From: an uncultured Alphaproteobacteria bacterium
GTDB lineage: Bacteria; Pseudomonadota; Alphaproteobacteria; Bin95
Direction: 5' to 3'
Assembly: GCA_963974445.1 (NCBI GenBank)
Contig: CAXBDI010000003.1
Span: 6,076 to 70,075 of the forward strand
DNA length: 64,000 bases
Of this stretch, positions 18,818-28,069 are shown piece by piece. The position numbers and the translations under genes are program-made. Each line of letters begins with the position of its first letter. The stretch's first letter is position 1. The notes under the pieces are model-generated. The model was not told the origin of the DNA and did not search any database. It saw nothing but the letters and a program-made list of their open reading frames with translations.

Positions 18818-19762
18818 CTATTGCGGCTTGGCCGCCGTTTGCCAGGTGACTTTGCTGGCCAGCATAGCAAACTCGGCCCGATAAAGCGCCTCCTCTGCGA
18901 CCGGGCCGATGCCGACGGTTCGGATATAGCTGCAATCGCGGAAGCGGATCGACTGGACAACCAGCACCGGTTGGCCGTTCATCTGCCCCGCGGCCTCGGT
19001 CACAACGCCGCCGTCGGTTCCGAGCCGGGCATCGTAGGTGGCCGATATTTTCAGGTCCTGAACCTGGTTGACGCTCGCGGCCGCATTTTCCGCGAATTGA
19101 TGCACCCCGTCGGCCCACAGACGGCAATCCTGGCCCAAAGACGCGGCGATCACGAACAGGGGCCGGTGCTCCGGATCACCTATGTAGGCCGCATCCGTCA
19201 GGAGCGCGGCGCTGCCGGAGAGCGCACGGATAAAGCGAAACCGCTCGGTCTCGCCAAAGGTAAACGGCAGGACCTTGCGCGGGTCGCTGCGTTTTTCGGC
19301 GATTGCAATGGATTTCAGGACCGTTTCGATCTTGGCGCGGCGGGCGGGCGAGGCCAGCACGGTTGGTATCTGTGCGGTGACAAGTAGCGTCACATGCGGC
19401 GCGCCGATCAGTAACAGCCATTTGTCGAAGGGCTGGCCGCCCACCTGTTGGCTGCCGCGGCCGATCAGCGCCTTGCTATCGCCCTGACGGATTTCCTCGG
19501 TCTCGTCAAGCAAGATGCCCTGGTCGGAAAGCGCGGCTTTATCGGCCAGAAGGCCTTGGGCCACCGGCTCGAACGCATTCGGCGGCAACTCGGTTATCAG
19601 GATCGAGGCGCGCGCCTTCGGCCAAAGTGCGCCGGAGAACTGCTGGCTTTCCTCGAAGCCTTCCGGCAGGTCGATCACCGTATAGCTGCCGGTCAACTGC
19701 GTAGCGGCCACAGCCGGGAAGCCGGCGAGCAGCGCCAGGCACAGGCACAGAATGCGGCTCAT
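18818..19762 (-). CDS. Secreted hypothetical protein (signal peptide, no recognisable domain)
   Basis: 314 aa with a cleavable signal MSRILCLCLALLAGFPAVAA. Its ATG overlaps the stop of the upstream thioesterase (ATGA). Confidence 0.6.
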   Translation of the reverse strand: MSRILCLCLALLAGFPAVAATQLTGSYTVIDLPEGFEESQQFSGALWPKARASILITELPPNAFEPVAQGLLADKAALSDQGILLDETEEIRQGDSKALIGRGSQQVGGQPFDKWLLLIGAPHVTLLVTAQIPTVLASPARRAKIETVLKSIAIAEKRSDPRKVLPFTFGETERFRFIRALSGSAALLTDAAYIGDPEHRPLFVIAASLGQDCRLWADGVHQFAENAAASVNQVQDLKISATYDARLGTDGGVVTEAAGQMNGQPVLVVQSIRFRDCSYIRTVGIGPVAEEALYRAEFAMLASKVTWQTAAKPQ

Positions 19763-20193
19763 TGCGGCGCAACCTCTCCCTTGATCGCTCGGGTTTGGCC
19801 GCGGAAAACCGCGATCAGGACGCCGGTCTGGTTGCGGACGGCGACATCGTAGATGCCGTTGCGTCCGGCCCTCGCCGTCTCGGTTGCGATGGCGGTCAGC
19901 CGGTCGCCGAGGCGCGCCGGCGCCAGAAAGGTGATCTGGGCCGACTGCGCCAGGTTGGGAATGTTTGCGGAGTTACTGGCGAACGCCATGGCGGTGTCGG
20001 CCAGCGAGAAGATATAGCCGCCATGGCAGACCTCCAGCCCGTTGACCAGATGGTCCTCCACAGTCATGCCCATGGTTGAGGTCCCCGGCGACACAGCCTC
20101 CAGCGCAATGCCAATATGTTTGGAGGCCCGGTCACTGGCCAGCATGGCGGCGGCCGCAGCCTCCGCCAGTTGTTGCGGCGACAGTGACGTCAT
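19759..20193 (-). CDS. PaaI/4HBT-family hotdog-fold thioesterase
   Basis: Hotdog thioesterase pattern (CHGG..FSLADTA). Start 20193 overlaps the GST stop (ATGA). Confidence 0.7.
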   Translation of the reverse strand: MTSLSPQQLAEAAAAAMLASDRASKHIGIALEAVSPGTSTMGMTVEDHLVNGLEVCHGGYIFSLADTAMAFASNSANIPNLAQSAQITFLAPARLGDRLTAIATETARAGRNGIYDVAVRNQTGVLIAVFRGQTRAIKGEVAPQ

Positions 20194-20771
20194 CCGGGGA
20201 TTGTGGATTGCATCGATTCTCCGGCGTTGCACTCCTTAAACCATTTGGCGATGGCCGGGCGGCCTTCGCGCCAGCCCCAATCGGCGAAGCGGAAATCCAG
20301 ATAGCCGAGCCCGCAGCCGGCGGCGATGGAGGCTGCGTCCAGCCGCGACAGCGCGTCGGCCTCTTCTTCCAATACGTCGAGGACGTTGTTGATCTTGGCG
20401 CTCTGTGTTTCGATCCAGCCGTCCCAGCGCTTTTCCTCCGGGCGGGACGCGAATTCGGCGCGCAACAGCAGGGCCGCGTCGATCAGGCCCTCGGCCTCGC
20501 TTTCACGCCGGACCATCGCCCAGTCGCCAGCGGGATAGAGTGTGCCACCCGCCTGCTCGTTCAGGTAGCGCATGATCATGCGCGAATCGAACAGGTGCTC
20601 GCCATTGTCGAGTTCCAGCACCGGGATCTTTACGATGGGGTTGATAGCCTTGAGTTCTTCGCTGGCGCCGGCGATGGCCGCGAACTCGACACGGTTGGCC
20701 ATGCCCAATTCTAGAGCAGTGACGCGACATTTGCGGACGTAGGGCGAGGTTCCGCCACCGAAGAGCTTCAT
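20190..20771 (-). CDS. Glutathione S-transferase family protein
   Basis: 194 aa. N-terminal thioredoxin-like domain (MKLFGGGTSPYVRK) and C-terminal GST helical domain. RBS AAGGA. Confidence 0.75.
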   Translation of the reverse strand: MKLFGGGTSPYVRKCRVTALELGMANRVEFAAIAGASEELKAINPIVKIPVLELDNGEHLFDSRMIMRYLNEQAGGTLYPAGDWAMVRRESEAEGLIDAALLLRAEFASRPEEKRWDGWIETQSAKINNVLDVLEEEADALSRLDAASIAAGCGLGYLDFRFADWGWREGRPAIAKWFKECNAGESMQSTIPG

Positions 20772-20938
20772 TTTGGACGTTTCCTTCACAAAATCGGCAT
20801 GTTGAGGGGGCCTGCGGCCGGTTGGGGCTTGCCGTCCCTAGGCGGACCGTGGCTTTCTGCTAGACCTACAGCTTAGCAGGGCCGGCGCGCGCGCGAAACG
20901 GCCATGGTTTCGAAAAGGTTTCGAAGAGGATCACGCTC

Positions 20939-22147
20939 GTGACAGACCGACTGATGGACGGGCTGGTGGTGCTGGATATTGCCAGTTTCATCGCCGCCCC
21001 CGTCGCCACCACCATCCTGGCCGATTTCGGCGCCGACGTGATCAAGGTCGAGGCCCCCGGCGGCGACGGCTTCCGGGCGCTGCACGCCGGGCCGGGCATG
21101 CCGGATACCGAGGACCGCGACTTCGCCTGGATGTGCGACAACCGCTCGAAGCGAGGCTTGTGCCTGGATTTGGCGAGCGACGGCGGCCAGGAAATCCTGC
21201 GCAGGCTGATCGCCAAGGCAGATGTGCTGGTCACCAACTTCCCGATGCCCGTGCGCCGCAAACTCAAACTGATGTACGAGGATGTGGCGCACCTGAACGA
21301 CCGGCTGATCTACGCCAGCCTGACCGCATATGGTGAGGAGGGGCCGGAATCGGAGCGCACCGGCTTCGACTCGACGGCGCTCTACGCCCGCACCGGCATG
21401 ATGGACATGATGCGCGCGCCGGGCGCGGCTCCCGTGCGCTCCCTGCCGGGCATGGGCGATCATCCGACCGGCACGGCGCTGTTCGGCGCGATCATGACCG
21501 GCCTCTACCGGCGGGAGAAGACCGGCAAGGGCAGCCACGTCTCGACCAGCCTGGTGGCGAACGGCATGTGGATGAACGGATTTTTCGGCCAGGCGGCGCT
21601 GCTGGGGGCGGACGTGCAATTGCGTCCGCACCGGGACGACGCGCCGAACGCCATGGCTAACCACTACTGCGCCAAGGATGGCCGCTGGTTCATTCTGGCC
21701 GTGCTCAACGAGGCGAAGCAGGCGCCGCTGCTGTTCCAGGCGATGGGCCGACCCGATCTGGCCGACGACCCGCGCTTTGCCGACCAGGCGGCCAGGCGCG
21801 AGAACTCTCTGGTGTTGACCAAGGTCATGGACGGCATCTTCGCCCTGCACGATTGGGCCTACTGGAAGGAGCGGCTGGACGCGGTCGGCGTCACCTATGG
21901 CCAGGTCGCGAAGATGGAGGACTTAAGCAGCGACGCGCAACTGAAACATGCCGGCGCGGTGGTGCCGGCGGCGGCTGACTTCGGCGGCGACTGGGCCGTC
22001 GGCACGCCGGTTCTGGTGCGGGACGAGGCCAAGCGCCCGCCCGCCGCCGCGCCTGCGGTCGGTGAGCACAATGCGGAGATTTTGGCTGACCTCGGCTACT
22101 CCGCGTCCCAGATACAGCAGTTCGTAGCGGCAGGTGTGTTGAAGTGA
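20939..22147 (+). CDS. CoA-transferase family III (CaiB/BaiF) protein
   Basis: 402 aa with a family III CoA-transferase N-terminal pattern (VLD..IAAP..ADFGADVIKVE). GTG start. Confidence 0.8.
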   Translation: MTDRLMDGLVVLDIASFIAAPVATTILADFGADVIKVEAPGGDGFRALHAGPGMPDTEDRDFAWMCDNRSKRGLCLDLASDGGQEILRRLIAKADVLVTNFPMPVRRKLKLMYEDVAHLNDRLIYASLTAYGEEGPESERTGFDSTALYARTGMMDMMRAPGAAPVRSLPGMGDHPTGTALFGAIMTGLYRREKTGKGSHVSTSLVANGMWMNGFFGQAALLGADVQLRPHRDDAPNAMANHYCAKDGRWFILAVLNEAKQAPLLFQAMGRPDLADDPRFADQAARRENSLVLTKVMDGIFALHDWAYWKERLDAVGVTYGQVAKMEDLSSDAQLKHAGAVVPAAADFGGDWAVGTPVLVRDEAKRPPAAAPAVGEHNAEILADLGYSASQIQQFVAAGVLK

Positions 22148-23331
22148 TTGCAACCCGCGAAACCTTGCCGATCCGCGGCGCCAGCCTGATCGCCCTGCTG
22201 ACGGCGCTGGCGGCGTTGGGGCAGTTCGCCTCCAGCGTCTACCTGCCGTCGATGCCGGCGATACAGCAGGCCCTGAACGCCTCGCGCAGCGAGGTGCAAT
22301 TAACCATGACGGCCTACCTTGCCGCGTTCGCGGTGATGCAGGTGGTCTATGGGCCATTGGCCGACCGCTTCGGACGCCGGCCGATCATGTTGTCCGGCGG
22401 CACGCTGTTCGTCGCCGGCAGCCTGCTGTGCATGGCGGCCAACAGCATCGAATGGGTGATTTTCGGCCGCATTGTCCAGGCGATAGGGGCGTGCGCCGGT
22501 GTCGTCGCCAGCCGGGCCACGACCCGCGATCTGTTCGAAGGGCCGGACCTCAGCAAGGTGATGGTGACGATCGCCATGGCCTTTTCCGCCGTGCCGGCGC
22601 TGGCGCCTATCATCGGCGGCGCCCTGCAGGAGGCCGCCGGTTGGCGCGCCAGCTTCGCCGCCTCCGCGCTGTTCGGCGGCATCGTGCTGTTGGCAGTGAC
22701 GGTCTGGCTGCAAGAGACCAACCGCAGCGTCCAGGCCCGCCTCAGCTTCGCCTCGATCTGGGATGGGTACAAGATCGTCGGTTGCCACAAGCAGTTCCGC
22801 GCCTACGCGTTCACCACCGCGGCGACCATGGGCGGGCTGTTCGCCTTTCTGACCGGCTCGCCGGCGGTGGCCATCGACGACGCCGGCCTGTCGCCGCTGG
22901 AGTTCGGGCTCTACCCGGCGCTGTCGATCCCGGCGTTTATCGTCACTGGCATCATCGTACGCAAACTGGTCGCGAAGACTGGCGACGCACCATTGATGCG
23001 CGCCGGCGCAGCCCTGGCGGCGTTAGGCGGCCTCGCCATGCTGGCGGTGGCGTGGAGCGGCCAGGTGACGGCGCTCAGCATTCTCGTCTGCATCACCATA
23101 TTCGTCGCCGGCATGGGCTTCGTCTTTTCGCTGGGACACGCCGGCGCTCTACGCCACTTCCGCGAGCGCGCCGGGGTCGCGTCCGGCCTGATGGGCGTGC
23201 TGCAATTGGGTTCGGCCGCGCTGTTTTCCGGCGTGGTCGCGGCATTCGCCAGTTGGGGCGCCACCGGATTTGCGCTCGGCATGGCGATTGCCGGTGTCGC
23301 AGCGTTCCTGTTCTCCCGCGGTTGCCGATAG
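22144..23331 (+). CDS. MFS transporter, Bcr/CflA drug-resistance subfamily
   Basis: 12-TM MFS pattern with the GPLADRFGRRP motif. GTG start overlaps the CoA-transferase stop (GTGA). Confidence 0.8.
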   Translation: MIATRETLPIRGASLIALLTALAALGQFASSVYLPSMPAIQQALNASRSEVQLTMTAYLAAFAVMQVVYGPLADRFGRRPIMLSGGTLFVAGSLLCMAANSIEWVIFGRIVQAIGACAGVVASRATTRDLFEGPDLSKVMVTIAMAFSAVPALAPIIGGALQEAAGWRASFAASALFGGIVLLAVTVWLQETNRSVQARLSFASIWDGYKIVGCHKQFRAYAFTTAATMGGLFAFLTGSPAVAIDDAGLSPLEFGLYPALSIPAFIVTGIIVRKLVAKTGDAPLMRAGAALAALGGLAMLAVAWSGQVTALSILVCITIFVAGMGFVFSLGHAGALRHFRERAGVASGLMGVLQLGSAALFSGVVAAFASWGATGFALGMAIAGVAAFLFSRGCR

Positions 23332-23419
23332 CGCCGCGATTCATTGTTATTGTTAACGTGTTGTTAGGGTCAACGGTTCGTTAATCCTCTCTCCTGACCA
23401 TGATTGCAGGGGAGATCGG

Positions 23420-24121
23420 ATGGGGCTTGCCCGCCGTGCCTTTTGCGCATTGCTGCTGTTGGCCGTGGCCGGTTGCGCGGCGGAGTCGGCCCGCCGGGTC
23501 GATCAGCTCAGCCGCGACGATGGCAAGACGCCTCGCGTTGCGCTGATGCCGTTGGATGTCGCGCTCAGCCGGGTCAACGCCGGCGGGTCGCAATCTCCGG
23601 TCGCGGAGTGGACGACGGCGGCGGAGCGCAACCTGACCCTGGCGCTGCGCCTGGCGGCGAAGCGGCGCGGCCTGATGCTGCGCCCCGTCGCCGAGGCCGT
23701 CTGGCGCTCCGAAGAGTTCGAGCAAACCCGTCTGTTGCAGAACGCGGTGCAGACGGCGGTGCGGACCCATCAGTTCGGCAGCAGTGAGGACCGATTGCCA
23801 GGCAAGGAGGGCCGGCTCGGCTGGACACTGGGCCAGGGCGCCCTGGCGTTGCGCGACCGGTTGCAGGCGGACTACGCCCTGTTCGTGTACTTGCGTGACA
23901 GCTATTCCAGCACCGGCCGGCGGGTGCTGACCGCGGCTGCGGCCCTGCTGATCGGCTATCCGCTGAGCGGCGGCGAGCAGATCGGCGTCGCCTCGCTCTA
24001 CGATCTTCGCAACGGCAATCTGGTTTGGGTGCGAGAGCTGGACCGGACGACCGGCGACCTGCGCAATCGCGAAGACGCCGCCGAAACCGCCGAGGCGCTG
24101 CTGAAGGACTTCCCTGGGTGA
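23420..24121 (+). CDS. Hypothetical lipoprotein
   Basis: Lipobox LAVAGC. RBS GGGAGA. Its stop overlaps the GTG start of the M48 peptidase (GTGA). Confidence 0.6.
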   Translation: MGLARRAFCALLLLAVAGCAAESARRVDQLSRDDGKTPRVALMPLDVALSRVNAGGSQSPVAEWTTAAERNLTLALRLAAKRRGLMLRPVAEAVWRSEEFEQTRLLQNAVQTAVRTHQFGSSEDRLPGKEGRLGWTLGQGALALRDRLQADYALFVYLRDSYSSTGRRVLTAAAALLIGYPLSGGEQIGVASLYDLRNGNLVWVRELDRTTGDLRNREDAAETAEALLKDFPG

Positions 24122-25260
24122 GGTGGGCCGCCCTCCTGCTGCTACTGTTGCTGGCCGCGTGCGGCGGTGGCGCGCTTGCGCCATTGCAGCCGCAATCGCG
24201 CCCGCTGCAGGTCTCCGACGAGGCAGGGTTCTGGCAAACCGCCGGCCGGACGGAGGCGGGCCTGCAGCGCTCGCCCCTGCTGATCCGCGACCAGGAATTG
24301 AACCGGTATGTTCGGGGCGTCGCGTGCCGGGTGGCGGGGCCGTATTGCGGCGACATCCGCGTCTATCTGGTGCGCGAGGCCGGCCTGAACGCCTCCATGA
24401 TGGCGAACGGCGCGATGCTCGTTCAATCGGGGCTGTTGCTGCGGATGGGCGACGAGGCGCAGTTGGCGGCGGTGATCGCCCACGAAATCGGCCACTATGT
24501 CGAACGCCACACATTCGAGAAGGCGGAGCAGGCGCGGCGGCTCGGCGACCTGCGGGCGTGGACGGTGCTGTTCGCGCTCACCCTCGGCGCGCCAGGCTTG
24601 GGCGAGGCGGCGGAGGTGGCGGAGATACTGGAGCGGTTCGCCTTCAGCCGCGAGCAGGAACGGGCGGCGGACCTGTTCGGGCTCCGGCTGATGGCCAAGG
24701 CCGGGTATCCGCCGATGGCGGCGGCGGAGGTCTGGCAGTTGGCGCACGACGTGCGGGGCGACCGGCGAACCTCGCTCACCAGCCGCCTGCTCGCGACCCA
24801 TCCCGCCCCGGACGAGCGGCGGGACCGGTTGAGACAAGCGGCGGCGGCGATGCCCGGCGCAATGGCGGAGCGGCATCGCGGCCCGTATCGGGCGGCGCTC
24901 GCGCCGTTCCGCAGCCAGTTCTTTGCGGACGAGGTGCGCCTGCGGCTGCCGACCGAAACGCTGAACCTGTTCCGCCAGTTGGAGCAGCGCGACGGGCTGG
25001 ACGCGGTCCTGGCCTTCCATTGGGGCGAGGTCTACCGCCTGCGCGGTTGGCAGGACGACCGGGAGATGGCGTTGAAAACCTATGCGCGCGCCTTGCGCCT
25101 GCCGGACCCGCCGGCGGAGACCCATCGGGGCATCGGCCTGGTCCGCTTGGCCAAGGGGCAGACCCGCGGCGCGCGCTTCGCCTTCGAGCGCTATTTGCGC
25201 GCGGCCCCGGCGGCGGACGACGAGGCCATCGTCCGCTCCTACATCGCGCAAATGCTGTAG
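24118..25260 (+). CDS. M48-family zinc metallopeptidase lipoprotein with C-terminal TPR-like region (BepA-like architecture)
   Basis: HEIGH zinc motif, lipobox LLLAAC, helical C-terminal repeats. GTG at 24118 is the only plausible start. Confidence 0.7.
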   Translation: MRWAALLLLLLLAACGGGALAPLQPQSRPLQVSDEAGFWQTAGRTEAGLQRSPLLIRDQELNRYVRGVACRVAGPYCGDIRVYLVREAGLNASMMANGAMLVQSGLLLRMGDEAQLAAVIAHEIGHYVERHTFEKAEQARRLGDLRAWTVLFALTLGAPGLGEAAEVAEILERFAFSREQERAADLFGLRLMAKAGYPPMAAAEVWQLAHDVRGDRRTSLTSRLLATHPAPDERRDRLRQAAAAMPGAMAERHRGPYRAALAPFRSQFFADEVRLRLPTETLNLFRQLEQRDGLDAVLAFHWGEVYRLRGWQDDREMALKTYARALRLPDPPAETHRGIGLVRLAKGQTRGARFAFERYLRAAPAADDEAIVRSYIAQML

Positions 25261-25265
25261 CCGCG

Positions 25266-25841
25266 ATGCGATTGGGGGCCATCCTGCCGCTGCTGCTGCT
25301 CGCGATGCTGGCTGCGTGCGGCGGCATTGAGGCGGTGCGGCCGGGACGGGTGGAGATCGGCGGCGGCCTGTCCGTTCAAAGCGCACCGGCCTGGAATCGC
25401 TTACCGGCCGAAACGCTGGGCGCGGATCAGGTTTGGAGTCAGGATGGCCCGGCGCTGGATCGCCTGCTGTTCCTGGCGGGGCGGGCGGAGGGCGAGCCTT
25501 TGCTGCAACGGAGCCGGGCGCGAAGATCGCTGCAGTTTCAGGCGGCCATGACACCGACGGAAATCGCCGAGCTATGGGCCAGCGAGTTGGCGTTGGCCGG
25601 CTATCGGGCGGTCGAGGTCGGACGCCTGCAACCGGCAGCGTTCGCGGGCCGGAATGGCTTTCGGTTTCAGTACGCCTATGCCGACGCTAACGGATTGATT
25701 TTCGACGGTTTCGCCATTGGCACCGTCGTCGCCGGGCGGCTCTATTTCATCGCCTTCGCCGGCACCCGCGCTCACCACTTCCGCGCCTATTGGCCGGCGG
25801 CGATGCAGGTGATCGGGTCAGCTCAGATTGCGACGGGATAG
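25266..25841 (+). CDS. Hypothetical lipoprotein
   Basis: ATG 6 nt after the M48 stop. Lipobox LAMLAAC. 191 aa. Confidence 0.55.
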   Translation: MRLGAILPLLLLAMLAACGGIEAVRPGRVEIGGGLSVQSAPAWNRLPAETLGADQVWSQDGPALDRLLFLAGRAEGEPLLQRSRARRSLQFQAAMTPTEIAELWASELALAGYRAVEVGRLQPAAFAGRNGFRFQYAYADANGLIFDGFAIGTVVAGRLYFIAFAGTRAHHFRAYWPAAMQVIGSAQIATG

Positions 25842-25884
25842 CTCTAGACGGCTGATTTATCGCCTTTATTTCCATATCACTCCT

Positions 25885-25960
25885 CTCCCCGGGCTTGACG
25901 TGGGGTGGCGGAGAAATGCCGCGGTTCATGACACACGCCCTGCCGCGGGTCGGGCTGGAT
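25885..25960. repeat. Bipartite palindromic intergenic repeat, copy C (degenerate right arm)
   Basis: Left arm ccccgggcttgacgtggggtgg is near-identical to copy A. Right arm gccgcgggtcgggctgg is eroded. Confidence 0.5.
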
Positions 25961-26169
25961 AAGGTGGCGTAGCAGCGAAAATTTGAGGCGCCGCGCCCAC
26001 CACCCGCCGCGCCGTCTTTGCGAGCTCGGTCGAAGGCCGGGCGTGGCAATCCAGCTAGCGGTCCGGGCGTCCGGCTTCCTGGGTTGCTTCGTTGCCCTCC
26101 GGGCGCCTCGCAATGACGCCGAAGGAAGAGTATGCAATGCCGCTGGTATCAGCATTGCAAGAAGCGCGA

Positions 26170-27972
26170 TCAGTCGTCGCTCATCTTTAGCGCCGCAATG
26201 AAGGCGCTTTGTGGGATTTCGACGCTGCCGAACTGGCGCATCTTTTTCTTGCCCTCTTTCTGCTTTTCCAGCAGCTTTTTCTTGCGGGTGATGTCGCCGC
26301 CATAGCATTTGGCGGTGACGTCCTTGCGCATGGCGCTGATGGTTTCGCGCGCGATGACCTTGGCGCCGATAGCCGCCTGGATTGGGATTTTGAACAACTG
26401 GCGCGGAATCAGGTCTTTCAGACGCGCGCAGAGCGCCCGGCCGCGGTGCTCCGCCTGGCTGCGGTGGACGATGGTCGATAGCGCGTCCACCGGCTCGCCG
26501 TTCACCAGGATGGAGAGCTTGACCAACTGGCCCTCCTCATAGCCGACGATGTGGTAATCGAAGCTGGCATAGCCGCGGCTGATCGATTTCAGGCGGTCGT
26601 AGAAGTCAAAGACGATCTCGTTCAGCGGCAGGTTATAGACCAGCATGGCGCGGTTGCCGGCGTAGGTCAGCTCCTGCTGGACGCCGCGGCGCTCCTCACA
26701 CAGCTTCAGGACGGAGCCCAGATGCTCGTCCGGCAGCAGGATCGTCGCCTCGATCCAGGGCTCCTCGATCTTCTCGATGCGGCTGACGTCCGGCATGTCC
26801 GCCGGATTGTGCATTTCCAGCATGGAGCCGTCGGTCATGTGCATGCGGTAGACGACGCTAGGCGCGGTGGCAATCAGGTCGATGTCGAATTCGCGGTCGA
26901 GCCGCTCCTGGATGATCTCCAGATGCAACAGCCCCAGAAAGCCGCAGCGGAAGCCGAAGCCGAGAGCGGGAGAGCTTTCCGGCTCGAACTCGAAACTGGC
27001 GTCGTTCAGGCGCAGCTTGGCCAGGCTGTCGCGCAGGTGCTCGAAATCGGCGGCGTCTACCGGAAACAGGCCGCAGAACACCACGGGCAGGTTTGGCTTG
27101 AAGCCCTCCAGCGCCTCGGGCGCCGGCTTGCGGTCGTTGGTGATGGTGTCGCCGACATTGGTATCGGCCACCGCCTTGATCGCCGCGTTGACCCAGCCGA
27201 TCTCTCCGGGCCCCAGTTCGCCGGTCGACAGGCGCTTCGGCGAGAACACGCCGACGTCCTCCACATCATAAACCGCGCCGGTCTGCATCATGCGCATACG
27301 CATGCCTTTTTTCAGCACGCCGTTCATGACCCGGGTCAGCACGATGACGCCAAGATACTGGTCGTACCAGCTATCGACCAGCAGCGCCTGCAGCGGGGCG
27401 TCGGCGTCGCCCACGGGCGGCGGCAGGCGTTGGACCAGCGCCTCCAGCACCTCCGGCACGCCGAGGCCGGTCTTGGCGGAGATCAGCAGTGCGTCCGAGG
27501 CGTCGAGGCCGATCACGTCCTCGATCTGCGCCCGCACCTGCTCGACTTCAGCCGCCGGCAAGTCGATCTTGTTCAGGACCGGAATGATTTCGTGGTCGTT
27601 CTCGATGGCCTGGTAGACGTTGGCCAGCGTCTGCGCCTCCACCCCTTGGGTCGCATCGACGATCAGCAGCGAGCCCTCGCATGCCGCCAGCGACCGGCTG
27701 ACCTCATAAGAGAAGTCGACATGGCCGGGGGTATCGATCAGGTTCAGGTAGTAGGTCTCGCCATCCGCCGCCGGATAAACCAGGCGCACGGTCTGCGCCT
27801 TGATGGTGATGCCGCGCTCGCGCTCGATATCCATGCTGTCGAGCACCTGCGCGTGCATTTCGCGCTCGGTCAGGCCGCCGCAATGCTGGATCAGGCGGTC
27901 GGCGAGCGTCGATTTTCCATGATCGATATGGGCGATGATGGAGAAGTTGCGGATGCGGGCAAGGTCTGTCAT
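26170..27972 (-). CDS. lepA: Elongation factor 4 (LepA)
   Basis: G-domain motif AHIDHGKST. 600 aa from ATG 27972 ([10 protein letters not shown]). The ORF's upstream extension is non-coding. Confidence 0.9.
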   Translation of the reverse strand: MTDLARIRNFSIIAHIDHGKSTLADRLIQHCGGLTEREMHAQVLDSMDIERERGITIKAQTVRLVYPAADGETYYLNLIDTPGHVDFSYEVSRSLAACEGSLLIVDATQGVEAQTLANVYQAIENDHEIIPVLNKIDLPAAEVEQVRAQIEDVIGLDASDALLISAKTGLGVPEVLEALVQRLPPPVGDADAPLQALLVDSWYDQYLGVIVLTRVMNGVLKKGMRMRMMQTGAVYDVEDVGVFSPKRLSTGELGPGEIGWVNAAIKAVADTNVGDTITNDRKPAPEALEGFKPNLPVVFCGLFPVDAADFEHLRDSLAKLRLNDASFEFEPESSPALGFGFRCGFLGLLHLEIIQERLDREFDIDLIATAPSVVYRMHMTDGSMLEMHNPADMPDVSRIEKIEEPWIEATILLPDEHLGSVLKLCEERRGVQQELTYAGNRAMLVYNLPLNEIVFDFYDRLKSISRGYASFDYHIVGYEEGQLVKLSILVNGEPVDALSTIVHRSQAEHRGRALCARLKDLIPRQLFKIPIQAAIGAKVIARETISAMRKDVTAKCYGGDITRKKKLLEKQKEGKKKMRQFGSVEIPQSAFIAALKMSDD

Positions 27973-28069
27973 GGCCGCTGATATAAGCGATCGCGGGCGG
28001 ACTGGCGAGAGGGCGAAATAGCGTCGGTTCGGCGCTGCCGTCCGCTGGGCCGGTATTCGGCGGCGGCGG

